DNA of 64,000 nucleotides from a virus (IMGVR_UViG_3300028591_000019:1-64000); one strand, 5' to 3'. Counted from the first letter of the stretch, positions 38,449-48,540 are shown. Notes: generated by a model not told the origin, from the letters alone. Made by a program: numbers and translations.

Positions 38449-39345
38449 ATGAAACAGAACGTAAAGAAAGCAACCGCAAAGAAAGTCACTAACAGCGACA
38501 GAAAATCAATCATGTTGACCGCACACAAACTGAGCAATCACGGAAAATCGATGCAGTGGAAAACGGCACTCAAAACGGCATGGAAAGCGTTTAAAGGTGG
38601 ATGCCTTGAATCCGTAACCGATATCGAATCGGCAATGATTTACGAGCTTGGCAAGGCAAGCGAAACGAAATTAATCGAAAGAATCGCTCATAAGTATTTG
38701 AGCAAACTGGTCAGAGAATCAAAATCTATGAAAGATGAAAACGGCGAGCAGGTCGATAATGAGTTGTCAGTATCCGCACAAAAAGCGTTTTACCACTGGG
38801 GATTTTATGGATTTGAGAACGAAACCTATCGGGATTACGTTCAGAATATCGCATTGGCTACAATGCGATTAATCCGCAAGCCCGACTATATCCAGTCTAA
38901 AAACGACTGGAGGATAGAAAACGGATATGAACCATTGACTATTGTCAATCTTATTTGGAATGGGGCTTCCATCGGCTGGAATATGACCATGAAGCAAATT
39001 TATAATCGCATGAGAAAAAACGCAAAAACTCATAAGTATGAATATTTCAATGTTGATTCACTGGATAGAACTGCAATAAACAGTGACGGTGAAGAGTTTA
39101 ACCAGTACGATACTATCGACGCCGAATCCGTAAAAGGTCAGTACGGCTTTTCTAGCAAGACAGAATACTGGATGGTATGGGATGCAATCAAATCCGTTTG
39201 CAAGGATGAAAAGGAGCTTGCAATTGTCGCATACAGGAAAAACGGAAACAAAACACAGAAACAAACTGCTGACTACATGGGATTGTGTCAGCAGAACATT
39301 GCTAGGACATTGAAACAGATTGCAGAAAGATATCACGCAATTTAA
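38449..39345 (+). CDS. Phage sigma-70-like factor (region 4 HTH at C-terminus)
   Basis: C-terminal KELAIVAYR...TQKQTADYMGLCQQNIARTLKQI fits sigma region 4; SLD motif precedes it (VDSLD); RBS gaaagga. Confidence 0.65.
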   Translation: MKQNVKKATAKKVTNSDRKSIMLTAHKLSNHGKSMQWKTALKTAWKAFKGGCLESVTDIESAMIYELGKASETKLIERIAHKYLSKLVRESKSMKDENGEQVDNELSVSAQKAFYHWGFYGFENETYRDYVQNIALATMRLIRKPDYIQSKNDWRIENGYEPLTIVNLIWNGASIGWNMTMKQIYNRMRKNAKTHKYEYFNVDSLDRTAINSDGEEFNQYDTIDAESVKGQYGFSSKTEYWMVWDAIKSVCKDEKELAIVAYRKNGNKTQKQTADYMGLCQQNIARTLKQIAERYHAI

Positions 39346-39362
39346 TAAATGAATGGATGGAC

Positions 39363-39397
39363 AAAAAGACCGCCCACACATCGGGCGGTCTTTTTTT
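39363..39397 (+). terminator. Strong intrinsic terminator after the sigma-like gene
   Basis: GACCGCCC-acacatc-GGGCGGTC followed by T7. Confidence 0.9.
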
Positions 39398-39444
39398 ATG
39401 CCTAAAAATCAAAAAATCTTTTTTCATAAAAAAATAATTTTTTG

Positions 39445-39471
39445 TGTAGTAAATCGGGATTTTGTGACTCT
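39445..39471 (+). promoter_or_regulatory. Repeat motif copy 1, TGTAGTAA-N11-GTGACTCT
   Basis: Exact consensus in an intergenic position. Confidence 0.8.
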
Positions 39472-39480
39472 GTTATCAGT

Positions 39481-39543
39481 GCAAGGCAAGCAAGCGAACG
39501 CAAGCAAGCGAACGCAAGCGAACGCAAGCAAGGCAAGCGAACG
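39481..39543 (+). repeat. GCAAG/GCAAGCGAAC microsatellite-like tandem repeat
   Basis: gcaaggcaagcaagcgaacgcaagcaagcgaacgcaagcgaacgcaagcaaggcaagcgaacg; contains no T. Confidence 0.9.
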
Positions 39544-39569
39544 AAAAACAGGAAGGATGGAAAAATAAA

Positions 39570-39734
39570 ATGACAATGTATGAAATTCTGAAAGAAATTG
39601 AAACAGTAAAAATCAAGATGAAAAATCATCGTTCAGAGTGGTTCGGGATGCTTGGTACAGAGTGGGAAAAAGCGGACTGGATGAAAAAACGCAATCGCTT
39701 AAATGAACTGCTCGCAATGCTTGCAAGAGCATAA
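39570..39734 (+). CDS. Small hypothetical protein (54 aa)
   Basis: Hand-translated MTMYEILKEIETVKIKMKNHRSEWFG..., with RBS ggaagga. Confidence 0.5.
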   Translation: MTMYEILKEIETVKIKMKNHRSEWFGMLGTEWEKADWMKKRNRLNELLAMLARA

Positions 39735-39785
39735 TGCAAGCGAAAAACACACCATGCAGAAAATGAAAAAAATTTTTTCGTGCAG

Positions 39786-39812
39786 TGTAGTAAAACAAAA
39801 AATCGTGACTCT
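39786..39812 (+). promoter_or_regulatory. Repeat motif copy 2
   Basis: TGTAGTAA-aacaaaaaatc-GTGACTCT. Confidence 0.8.
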
Positions 39813-39848
39813 GGTATTAATGACAAGATGAGAAAGGAAAAAAAGAAA

Positions 39849-40127
39849 ATGAACATGAAAATCAAAATCCTGCAAGCTAATATTTCAACACCGTACAAAT
39901 TCCTGTCGTACAAAACTGCACAGCGTGAAAACTTTTCCCTGTTAGATTACGATTGTGTTTTTGATGGAGAAGTTGACGTAAATAGCCTTGACGATATTTT
40001 TGCAATTTTCAACACGGATGAAAGACCGAATCCGATGACAATGCATTCATTAAGCGTTTCCGATTTAGTCGTGACGAAAGACGGCACGTTTTATTGCGAC
40101 AATTTCGGATGGAAAAAAATTCTATGA
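39849..40127 (+). CDS. YodL-like domain protein
   Basis: LDDIFAIFN...MHSLSVSDLVV...FYCDNFGW. Confidence 0.8.
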   Translation: MNMKIKILQANISTPYKFLSYKTAQRENFSLLDYDCVFDGEVDVNSLDDIFAIFNTDERPNPMTMHSLSVSDLVVTKDGTFYCDNFGWKKIL

Positions 40128-40372
40128 AAGGAAATGAAAAAATGAAAGACGGAAAATTAATTGGGAAAGCTGTTATCTTGAAAGGCTTTAACGGTAGTCG
40201 GTCGGATGACTGGGTGATTATAAAGGATTATGACGGGAAATATTACTGGGCATCTTTCGGCGATGATAAAATATGCATTCCGTTTTACAGAAATGAATTT
40301 ATCGTGCCGAGAGATAACATAAAACGTGAATTTCGGAAATGCAGTAACCAAAAATAATATATTATTTCATGC

Positions 40373-40399
40373 TGTAGTAAAACAGAAAATCGTGACTCT
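40373..40399 (+). promoter_or_regulatory. Repeat motif copy 3
   Basis: TGTAGTAA-aacagaaaatc-GTGACTCT. Confidence 0.8.
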
Positions 40400-40416
40400 G
40401 TAAAGGATGAACAGAT

Positions 40417-40445
40417 AAGCACTCAAAAAAATGAGTGCTTTTTTG
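40417..40445 (+). terminator. Intrinsic terminator between motif 3 and the GP88-like gene
   Basis: AAGCACTCA-aaaaaa-TGAGTGCTT followed by a T-run. Confidence 0.7.
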
Positions 40446-40494
40446 TTTGCTCTTTGCGGATGCAAAAAACAAAAAATAATGGAGGCACAAAAAA

Positions 40495-41265
40495 ATGACC
40501 ACAAAAAAATCAATCTATGAATCATTCGGAATCCAGTTTGACGGTGAAAAAATTCTTTCCCCGATGGGAGCGATTCGTCCCCTGTTGAAAAATGGCAACA
40601 CGAAAGTCGGAAAGAACGTGTACACGTTTTCAATCTTGCCTACAAACAAAATGTTTAATGTTGATGGCATAGAAATGAAAGGAACGTGTCCATGCACTTG
40701 CAAAGATTGCTACGGCACAAAAGGATGCTGTGCATATGATAGCTCTGTCGCAAGCTATGCAAGGAATACAATTCTCGTGCGGAAACATCTTTCCTTTGTG
40801 CGTGATGCAATCATGGCACAGATTCTTGCGGATAAAATCCGTACGGTGAGAATCCATGCGGTCGGTGATTTCGATGGAAATGCAGAATATGTGGAGATGT
40901 GGAAAGACATAATCCGCAAGAATCCAAACGTGCAGTTTTGGACATATACAAAGTTTGCTCAGTTTGGGAATGCATTCGATGAACTGCCAAACGGAAACAT
41001 TGTAAAGTCTGTTATTCCGAAAATCGGATTCAATTTCGGGGAATGCGGATATGTAATCGATACATATCGGTACTTGAAAAGTATTGGGGAAGATGTGTAT
41101 GTGTGCAGATGCGGAATTGACGATAATCAGCACTGCACACACTGCAAACATTGCAGTACACACAAGTATGTTCTGTTCGTCATCCATGGAAACGGATATC
41201 GTGCAGAAAAGGATGCACGATATGCAGAACTGGTGGAACTGATTGAGTCGCAGGATAGGGAATGA
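40495..41265 (+). CDS. GP88-like protein (Cys cluster, radical-SAM-related)
   Basis: GNTKVGKNVYTFSILP, GTCPCTCKDCY, VRIHAVGDF, FWTYTK. Confidence 0.75.
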   Translation: MTTKKSIYESFGIQFDGEKILSPMGAIRPLLKNGNTKVGKNVYTFSILPTNKMFNVDGIEMKGTCPCTCKDCYGTKGCCAYDSSVASYARNTILVRKHLSFVRDAIMAQILADKIRTVRIHAVGDFDGNAEYVEMWKDIIRKNPNVQFWTYTKFAQFGNAFDELPNGNIVKSVIPKIGFNFGECGYVIDTYRYLKSIGEDVYVCRCGIDDNQHCTHCKHCSTHKYVLFVIHGNGYRAEKDARYAELVELIESQDRE

Positions 41266-41286
41266 AAAATTCCCTATCTTTTTTTG
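41254..41286 (+). terminator. Intrinsic terminator after the GP88-like gene
   Basis: GATAGGGAAT-gaaaa-ATTCCCTATC followed by T7. Confidence 0.8.
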
Positions 41287-41293
41287 AATGCAG

Positions 41294-41320
41294 TGTAGTA
41301 ATTTGCGATTTTGTGACTCT
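41294..41320 (+). promoter_or_regulatory. Repeat motif copy 4
   Basis: TGTAGTAA-tttgcgatttt-GTGACTCT. Confidence 0.8.
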
Positions 41321-41613
41321 GTTATGTGTGGAAAGGATGAAGAAATGAATATGACGATTGAGAGAAAAGCAAAACTGTACGACGGCAGATGTATGGATGT
41401 TTTCGGACTGACGGAAAAAATGTCGACTGAAGAAAAGGCAAGAAAATTCGATACGCTTATAGCTTTGGCGATTATGGCAAACAGTGGCGATGAAGGTATC
41501 GATGTCGTTGGATGCATTTCCAAATTTGAGGATTTCGGCATGACTAGGTCTGAAATCAACGATGTATTGCGTAAAAGGTTCTTTGCTAACTGAAATAATA
41601 TATTATTTCGGGA

Positions 41614-41640
41614 TGTAGTAAAACGCAAAAATGTGACTCA
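41614..41640 (+). promoter_or_regulatory. Repeat motif copy 5 (variant)
   Basis: TGTAGTAA-aacgcaaaaat-GTGACTCA. Confidence 0.78.
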
Positions 41641-41922
41641 TGAAGGGGTAGTATATCCAATTTTAAGAATGGAGAGGTGAAAATCTATGTTCGGAATGAA
41701 GAAAACTGCAAAGAATGATGGGAAAAAGGCTTGTCTGATGCTCGTGAATTGTGGGTATGGCTTGTGTGGCTTTGAAGATGATTCTCATGCGTATGCGATT
41801 TATGAAAACCGATTTACTGGAAAGCAAATCCGTTTTTGCATGGATGACGCAACATATGAACCGATTGATAATGCAAGAATCGTGCGAAGCTGTTTTGCAC
41901 GATGAAAAAAATTTATTTTCGA

Positions 41923-41949
41923 TGTAGTAAATCGTGAAATTGTGACTCT
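41923..41949 (+). promoter_or_regulatory. Repeat motif copy 6
   Basis: TGTAGTAA-atcgtgaaatt-GTGACTCT. Confidence 0.8.
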
Positions 41950-42588
41950 GATATAAATGCAAACAAACGAAATCAATGAAAGGATGGAATTTGAACCATG
42001 ATGATGAAGAGATTTTACTTGAACGGATGCTGTGTCGATGATGCGGTCGTTGAAAAGCATACTACACGCTATGTGAAAACCGAAAGCGGTAAATCGTGGA
42101 GAAAAACAGATGAAGAAACCGAAACCATAACAGCAAGGCAGTACTGCAACATTGTGGAGGCTGTTCCGTTCTTCCGTAATCTTGGGGGCAAGGAAATCGT
42201 AAGCAAAGGATATACCTATTACGGATATATACCGATTCAGATTACAAGCATCTCACCCGACAGGAACGCAAAGCACGTTTACCAGTTCAGTTTTAAGCTG
42301 AACTGATTTTTTAATTATGGAGATGTGAAAAATGAATCGTGCGATTTACAGACCGATGTTTAGCCGTTTGCTGTGTGCGGTGCTGATTGATATCGAGGAA
42401 ATTTGAAAGGATGGTGCTGTGGAAATGTTTGTCGAAACGCTAAGTGAAGCGAGGAAACTCGCAAAGGAAATCAACGGGACATACCGCAAGGTTGATAGCG
42501 GATGGTTGGTTCTTTCGTGGGCTGAATATCATGTATGGATTAACCAAAAATGACAAACTGGATGCATGAAAAAAATATTTTTTGAACG

Positions 42589-42615
42589 TGTAGTAAATTT
42601 GGAAAATGTGACTCT
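42589..42615 (+). promoter_or_regulatory. Repeat motif copy 7
   Basis: TGTAGTAA-atttggaaaat-GTGACTCT. Confidence 0.8.
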
Positions 42616-42973
42616 GATATGAACGCATTAAGTGAAAGGAGAATGATGTATGACTGAAAAATATATGCCCAAAGTTGGAGAAAAAGTGACCCTGTGCAAT
42701 TGGTACTGTGCTACGAAAACTCCGTACACAGTTATCAAGGTAAGCAAGTCTGAAGTAACTGTGCAGGAATGCGAACTTCTGTTCTGTGGTGTTCGGCACT
42801 ACGATACTATTGCGGACGAAATCCGTGAGAATCCTAACGGACGGACGGCAACTCTGCGGTGGAGTCCGAAGCGTGGCTGTTGGATGGAGAGTCCTGTCCG
42901 TTCGTGGTCTGACCGAGCGGTGTTTGGCAAGTGGGAACACGAACCCTATCTTAACTAAGGATGGTGATTTGAA

Positions 42974-43345
42974 ATGTTACAGGATGAAAATGCATTTGCA
43001 GAGAATCCGCAGGCAATGCGTGTTCTTGTCAAGTCTTTCAAGGACAAGGTAAAGACTTTGAAAAAAATTCATCATAATGCACTGATGACGCACAACAATC
43101 CGCAGAAAGTTATCGATGAGTTTGTCGATGCTGTCGGATATGAAAATGCCAAGAATGTTATCGCAAATTTGGTAAATGCGAGAGCGAAATGGGACGGAAG
43201 AATCTCTCCGAAAAATAAAGAATGGGCAAGCAATCTTGCGGACATCGACCGAGAAGTAATCACCTGCATATGTTATGCCGATGATGCGATTCACTCCGCA
43301 CATCTTGACCAACTTTGCGACTACATGAGAAGAAAGGAAGTGTAA
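42974..43345 (+). CDS. DUF3849-like protein
   Basis: IANLVN...WDGRISPKNKEWA...IHSAHLDQLCDYMRR. Confidence 0.55.
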   Translation: MLQDENAFAENPQAMRVLVKSFKDKVKTLKKIHHNALMTHNNPQKVIDEFVDAVGYENAKNVIANLVNARAKWDGRISPKNKEWASNLADIDREVITCICYADDAIHSAHLDQLCDYMRRKEV

Positions 43346-44739
43346 ATATGCCCGAGAAAGTATGGAGAATCACATTCGAGAAGAACGGCAGAGAATACTG
43401 GACAGCCTTGCGTGAATCGACAGCGGAAAGTGCTGTTGCACAGTTCATTGAATGGAACAAAGACGCAAAAGTTTTGACTGTAAAGGAGATGTAAACATGG
43501 AAAGGATGTACCCCTGTGATGCAAGCGGAATGTGTCCGTATGAAACATTCGATAATCCAGAAAGGATGTATTTCTGCCGTGACCATTGCGGTCTTGGTGT
43601 AGATGAATCAGATGAGCAGTACATTTGGGACGATGAAGAAAGTGAGGATGATGAATAATGATGTTGAAAGTAATGGATTTATGCAAGCAAATTCCAAAGA
43701 TGCGTGTGCAGATTTGTAACGCATCCACATTGGAAGTCCTGTTTGAAGGTGTCATTGAAGATTGTCCGTATCGTATTTGCGACATGGATATCGAAAAGGT
43801 TGAAGCGCAGTTCGTAAACGGTGTTGACTATCTTATTCTTGCAGAATGAAAGGAGAATGAAGCAATGTATTGCGAAAGAAAAAGAAATGTAAACTTGTCG
43901 GTAAGTTTTGAAATCCAGTTGGCAGATGTTATCCGATTGATAACTGCCAGTTTGGTGTGCGTTTATTATTCTGATGAGTTCGGGGATTCTAACTTCTTTG
44001 AAGCAAACGGTGAAGGAGAACTTCGCAAAAAGGCAAAAGAAGCCAATGTCCTTGATGCAACAGTAAACAGTATCGGCAACTTGAATGGGAAAATAGTCAT
44101 CCTTTGCGATAAAAAGTTGCAGACACTATCTGAAGCTTCCATTGATATAGATGTATGAAAGGAGAATGAAGCCATGGCAAACAGTTTCAGAAAATATATC
44201 ATGACGGATTACAAAGAGGTTATCAAGAAAATGAAAAAGATTGGTGCGGAGAACATCCACGGAATCAGCGGAGAACATCGGGCATTGAATATGGAAACGA
44301 AAGAATGGAAACCATATTATACAATACATTACAACAAACGTGCGGAGTTTGAAATCAGTCCGTCCGTGTTGGACAAACTCGTTGAACTTGGTGTGCTTGT
44401 AAAAGAATGAATGGGGGTGCTGAGATGGGCAGGCGTAGCCGAGTGTGTAAATTTCGGAACAAACTCTTCCAGTACGATTTCGATAAATGCATGGTGTACT
44501 GGGTGAGCAAACCCACTAAATACATACTGGAAGATAACGAGGAGTGGATGTCAGAACATGGATATCCACTCTTCCCTATTAATGAAGATGGATACATGGA
44601 TGTCAAAGGCATCGGTCTTTCCGAGATGAATTGGAAGGACAAAGAAGCAAGAAATGAGTACCTTGAAATGTGGTGTGATGAACTGGATGAAGAAACTCGC
44701 ATTCTCGCAAAAGAATATGAACTATGGGGGTGAAAAATA

Positions 44740-45042
44740 ATGGAGAAAAAGATGTATGAACTGAACGGATACAAGATATATATCGAGAAGACAAAATATG
44801 AATACAATGGACGGCTTGCCGTGCAAGCATACATTGTGGAAGATGATGGATGGGTCGAACCTTATGGCACTATCACAGTCAATCTTCCTAACGAGCAGAT
44901 AACCGATAAGGACTGCGGATTTGTTGATGAAAACAATATGCCGTTCATTTCCGAATGGCTTGAAGAAAATGGACTAGCCGAAATTACTGGCAGGATTGGT
45001 ATGAGCGGTTACTGCTTCTATTCTGAAATGAGATTCAAATAA
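44740..45042 (+). CDS. DUF4313-like protein
   Basis: NGRLAVQ...EPYGTITVNL...GFVDENN...WLEENGLAE...SGYCFY. Confidence 0.75.
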   Translation: MEKKMYELNGYKIYIEKTKYEYNGRLAVQAYIVEDDGWVEPYGTITVNLPNEQITDKDCGFVDENNMPFISEWLEENGLAEITGRIGMSGYCFYSEMRFK

Positions 45043-45062
45043 AAAAATATTTTTTGGGATAG

Positions 45063-45089
45063 TGTAGTAATTTCCAAAATCGTGACTCT
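45063..45089 (+). promoter_or_regulatory. Repeat motif copy 8
   Basis: TGTAGTAA-tttccaaaatc-GTGACTCT. Confidence 0.8.
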
Positions 45090-45125
45090 GTATACAACGA
45101 ACAAAAAATGAGAGGAGAAAAATGT

Positions 45126-46019
45126 ATGAACGTATATGAGATTGTTACAGACCGCATCGTGAAAGAACTTGAGAACGGACAGATTCCGTGGAAGAAGCCT
45201 TGGGTCGGCACGGAATACGCATGGGGAAGAAACAACGGAAAGTTCTACTCCATTCTGAATCAGTTACTGGTCGAAAAGAGCGGTGAATATGCTACTTTCG
45301 GAAAGATTCAGAAAGATGGTGGCAAGGTTAAGAAAGGTGCAACGCACAAAGACATCTTCTGTTGGGGGATGCGAGAGTCCAAAACAGAAAAGGACAAGGA
45401 TGGAAAGCCAAAGATGATTCCATACTTGAAATGGTGGCAAGTGTTCAACATCAAGGAAGACACCGACCTAGATGTTAAATATCACAAGGAACTGGTGCAG
45501 ACATTCGATACTGCTCCAATCGAGGAGATTGACCGCATCATTAATGATTATGCGGGGCGGAGCGGTGTGAAGTTCATCACCGATAAGGGATGCGACCGTG
45601 CCTACTACTCCCCCACTGACCACACGATTCATCTTCCGAGCATCGAACAGTTTAAGAATGTTGCCCTGTATTACAGCACAAAGTTCCATGAGATGATTCA
45701 CAGCACAGGGCATAAGTCCTTGCTGAATCGGTTTGAAAAGGGACAGACAAAGTTTGGGAGCGAGGTCTATTCCAAAGAGGAACTAGTCGCAGAGATTGGA
45801 ACGGCTTGTATTCTGAATCGGTTGGGAATCGAAACGGATGATTCGTTCCGCAACAGCACAGCCTATGTGCAGAACTGGGCAAAGCATCTCAAGGCAGACA
45901 GCAAGATGATTGTGTCGGCATCCAGTAAAGCAGAGAAAGCCGTGAAGTTAATCTTCAACGAACTGGACGAGAAAGAAAACAATAATGATGCCACCGAAAT
46001 GGTGGCATCTGTTGCATAA
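45126..46019 (+). CDS. ardC: ArdC-like antirestriction protein (ssDNA-binding N-domain plus zincin metallopeptidase)
   Basis: VYEIVTDRIVKELENGQIPWKKPW, GGKVKKG, WQVFN, AYYSP..HTIHLP, FHEMIHSTGH, EELVAEIG. Confidence 0.9.
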   Translation: MNVYEIVTDRIVKELENGQIPWKKPWVGTEYAWGRNNGKFYSILNQLLVEKSGEYATFGKIQKDGGKVKKGATHKDIFCWGMRESKTEKDKDGKPKMIPYLKWWQVFNIKEDTDLDVKYHKELVQTFDTAPIEEIDRIINDYAGRSGVKFITDKGCDRAYYSPTDHTIHLPSIEQFKNVALYYSTKFHEMIHSTGHKSLLNRFEKGQTKFGSEVYSKEELVAEIGTACILNRLGIETDDSFRNSTAYVQNWAKHLKADSKMIVSASSKAEKAVKLIFNELDEKENNNDATEMVASVA

Positions 46020-46242
46020 GAAAGGAGAAAAATATGTTTGGTGCAATGACGGTCGAACAGTTCCTGTATTTCGCAATGGATGATTGCGAGGTTGGAATCT
46101 TTAACCTTGACAGCGGAGATGAAGCTGTCTTCAAAACAATCGATGAAGCTGTAGCAAAGTACGGCAACTGTGATGTGTGTTCGTGGGATGTCGAGGACGG
46201 ACACATTTGCTTGAACATTGAAGAATAAGGATGGTGAAATGC

Positions 46243-46569
46243 ATGACTGATATTAAGAATTTAACTCCGCACTCTATCGTGGTAATCCTGTCGGATGACA
46301 TCCGATACGTTATCACTCCGAGCGATTCTGTCGCTCGTTGTTCCTCTTCCACCGAGGTCATCGGTGAGGTGAATGGAGTTCCGCTGACTCGCACAATTTA
46401 CGGTGAGGTTGTCGGACTCCCACAACCGAAAGAGAACACGATTTATATCGTGTCCACTCTTGTTGCACAGGCTTGTCCCGACAGGGATGACTTGTTTATC
46501 CCGAATGAAATCGTCCGTGACACAAACGGCAAGGTTATCGGATGCAAATCGTTCGGAAGAGTTCATTAA
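46243..46569 (+). CDS. NLTPH-motif protein, candidate Crn4-like ring nuclease
   Basis: KNLTPHSI...PSDSVAR...GEVVGLPQP..YIVSTLVA...RDDLFIP...VRDTNGKVIGC; family match is from recall only. Confidence 0.5.
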   Translation: MTDIKNLTPHSIVVILSDDIRYVITPSDSVARCSSSTEVIGEVNGVPLTRTIYGEVVGLPQPKENTIYIVSTLVAQACPDRDDLFIPNEIVRDTNGKVIGCKSFGRVH

Positions 46570-47219
46570 AGGGGATGAATAAAATGCCAAATGGAAAATG
46601 GTTAATCACATATCGAAAACGATTTGGTCGGAAAGAATATATGGCAATTATATATAAGGATATTACATTGCAGGAAGCAATCAAACGGTTTGAAGAGATA
46701 TATCCTTTCGCTATAATCACATCAATCGTGTAAGGGGGAACGAGCATGAATAAACATGGCGAACTGAAAATCATGACGGCAAAGGAACTGGTAGACACGT
46801 TCATCCTTGGAGATGCACAGGAAGGGATGGATTATGCTGTGCTTGACTTCACAAAGAAAGAACTGAACGGCATTCCTGCGAAATATCTTGATATCGAAAA
46901 AGTATACGAGGATGCATGGGGATGGAACGGCATTCGAGTGATGGAAAGTCCGCTCGGTACGGAAGAAACCATCATCGTTATCGGACATTACGGTTCGATG
47001 ATTTCGGATTGCATGGCTATCAATGCAGAGAATCTTACCTACGATTGCTACGGCATCACAGAACGTATTCATAACACAATTTACAACTGCGGTGGTGAGG
47101 AATTGAACGATGACACGCTTCTGATTGTCGAGATGCACGATGCGATGTATAAGCGTGCAGAGGAAGATGCGAAATGCGAAAGAATCCTTGCAGATGCCAA
47201 GAAAAAAATGTGTATGTGA

Positions 47220-47246
47220 TGTAGTAAACCACCAAATCGTGACTCT
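47220..47246 (+). promoter_or_regulatory. Repeat motif copy 9
   Basis: TGTAGTAA-accaccaaatc-GTGACTCT. Confidence 0.8.
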
Positions 47247-47272
47247 GTATAGAGCGAAAGGAGCAAAAACAA

Positions 47273-48520
47273 ATGGAAGAAAAGAAAAACGAAAACATTT
47301 ATGCAATTTGGGAATGCCACATGGATGAGCTTCGCAAAAAAGTAAAGACCATACAGAAGAAATGCGAAAAATACGGATGCGACTTCACGTTTGAAGAAGT
47401 TGGCGAGGAAATCCGTGAGGTAACAGACAGAGAACTGGTTGACCCTAACACTGGGAAGCCAGTTGTCCACCATCTCAAGTTCATCCTCGTCCATGCGGAA
47501 GGAACTGCTGTCATTAACGGATGGGAATTCGTTGCGTCAGTTGAACACACGGAAAACGGAAACATTTTCCGCAAAGCGATGACGGATGTTGAAATTCCGC
47601 AGAGATATAGATGCTCTGACCCATACTGTGAGCATTGCAACAGCCACAGAATGCGGAAAGGGACGTTCATCGTTCGCAATGTTGAGAGCGGTGAGTTCAA
47701 ACAAGTCGGACACAACTGCTTGAATGATTACACGCACGGAATGTCCGCATCGTTTGCTTCTTTTAATGCATCTCTGAAGTCCGTGTTTGAAGAAGCACAG
47801 AATCAACCGATTAGCGGTGTCAGTTGGTTCGCAAAAAGCTTTGGGACGAGAGAAGTCCTCTGCTACTCCGCAGAAACGATTCGGCACTTTGGTTATTCCA
47901 AGTCTGAAAACGGATATGATAGCACAAAAGAACGTATGCGTAGGTTCTTTGACTGTCAGCATGGTGGTCTCTTTCCTAGCAAACTAAACGATGAAGTTCG
48001 TGAGCAGATGGAGAGCGTTGGCTTCAATCATGAATCCGATGGAGCGAACAAGATGGTAGATGATGCTCTTGCGTGGCTTAACGAACAAGAGGAAAAGAAT
48101 GATTACATTCACAACCTCAAAGTAGCTTGCTCGTTGGATTACACAGCGTACAACAAGTTCGGACTTCTTGTTTCGCTATTCCCAACTTACACAAGAGAGA
48201 TGGGATTGTATGAAAAGAGAGCAAAAGAAACGGAGCAGGGAAAATCTTCCGACTATGTTGGAAATGTCGGAGATAAGGTTGATGTTGATGTGGACAGCAT
48301 CAAGTGCGTTACTTCTTGGGAATCTTCTTATGATGGATACCACACATCGGTAACGTACATTTGGAAAATCATAGGCAAAGATGGGAACGTGTTCACTTGG
48401 AAGACAAGCAAGTGGATGGACGAGGAGAATCCACCTAGGTTAATCAAGGGAACAGTAAAAGAACACAAAGAGTTCCGTGAAATCAAACAGACAGAACTTA
48501 CACGGTGCAGGATTGCATAA
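47273..48520 (+). CDS. Conserved phage protein with Zn-finger and C-terminal OB-fold-like domain
   Basis: YCEHCNSHRMRK...KQVGHNCLNDY; C-terminal YVGNVGDK...DGNVFTWKTS. Confidence 0.55.
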   Translation: MEEKKNENIYAIWECHMDELRKKVKTIQKKCEKYGCDFTFEEVGEEIREVTDRELVDPNTGKPVVHHLKFILVHAEGTAVINGWEFVASVEHTENGNIFRKAMTDVEIPQRYRCSDPYCEHCNSHRMRKGTFIVRNVESGEFKQVGHNCLNDYTHGMSASFASFNASLKSVFEEAQNQPISGVSWFAKSFGTREVLCYSAETIRHFGYSKSENGYDSTKERMRRFFDCQHGGLFPSKLNDEVREQMESVGFNHESDGANKMVDDALAWLNEQEEKNDYIHNLKVACSLDYTAYNKFGLLVSLFPTYTREMGLYEKRAKETEQGKSSDYVGNVGDKVDVDVDSIKCVTSWESSYDGYHTSVTYIWKIIGKDGNVFTWKTSKWMDEENPPRLIKGTVKEHKEFREIKQTELTRCRIA

Positions 48521-48540
48521 GAAAGGATGGTGCTTTGAAA

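Larger units (their letters stand above)
41345..44733 (+). other. Run of ~13 small hypothetical genes inside the motif-bearing block
   Basis: ORFs 41345-41593, 41687-41905, 41998-42306, 42650-42958, 43497-43658, 43658-43849, 43865-44158, 44174-44410 and 44407-44733, with strong RBSs (gaaaggag). Confidence 0.7.
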
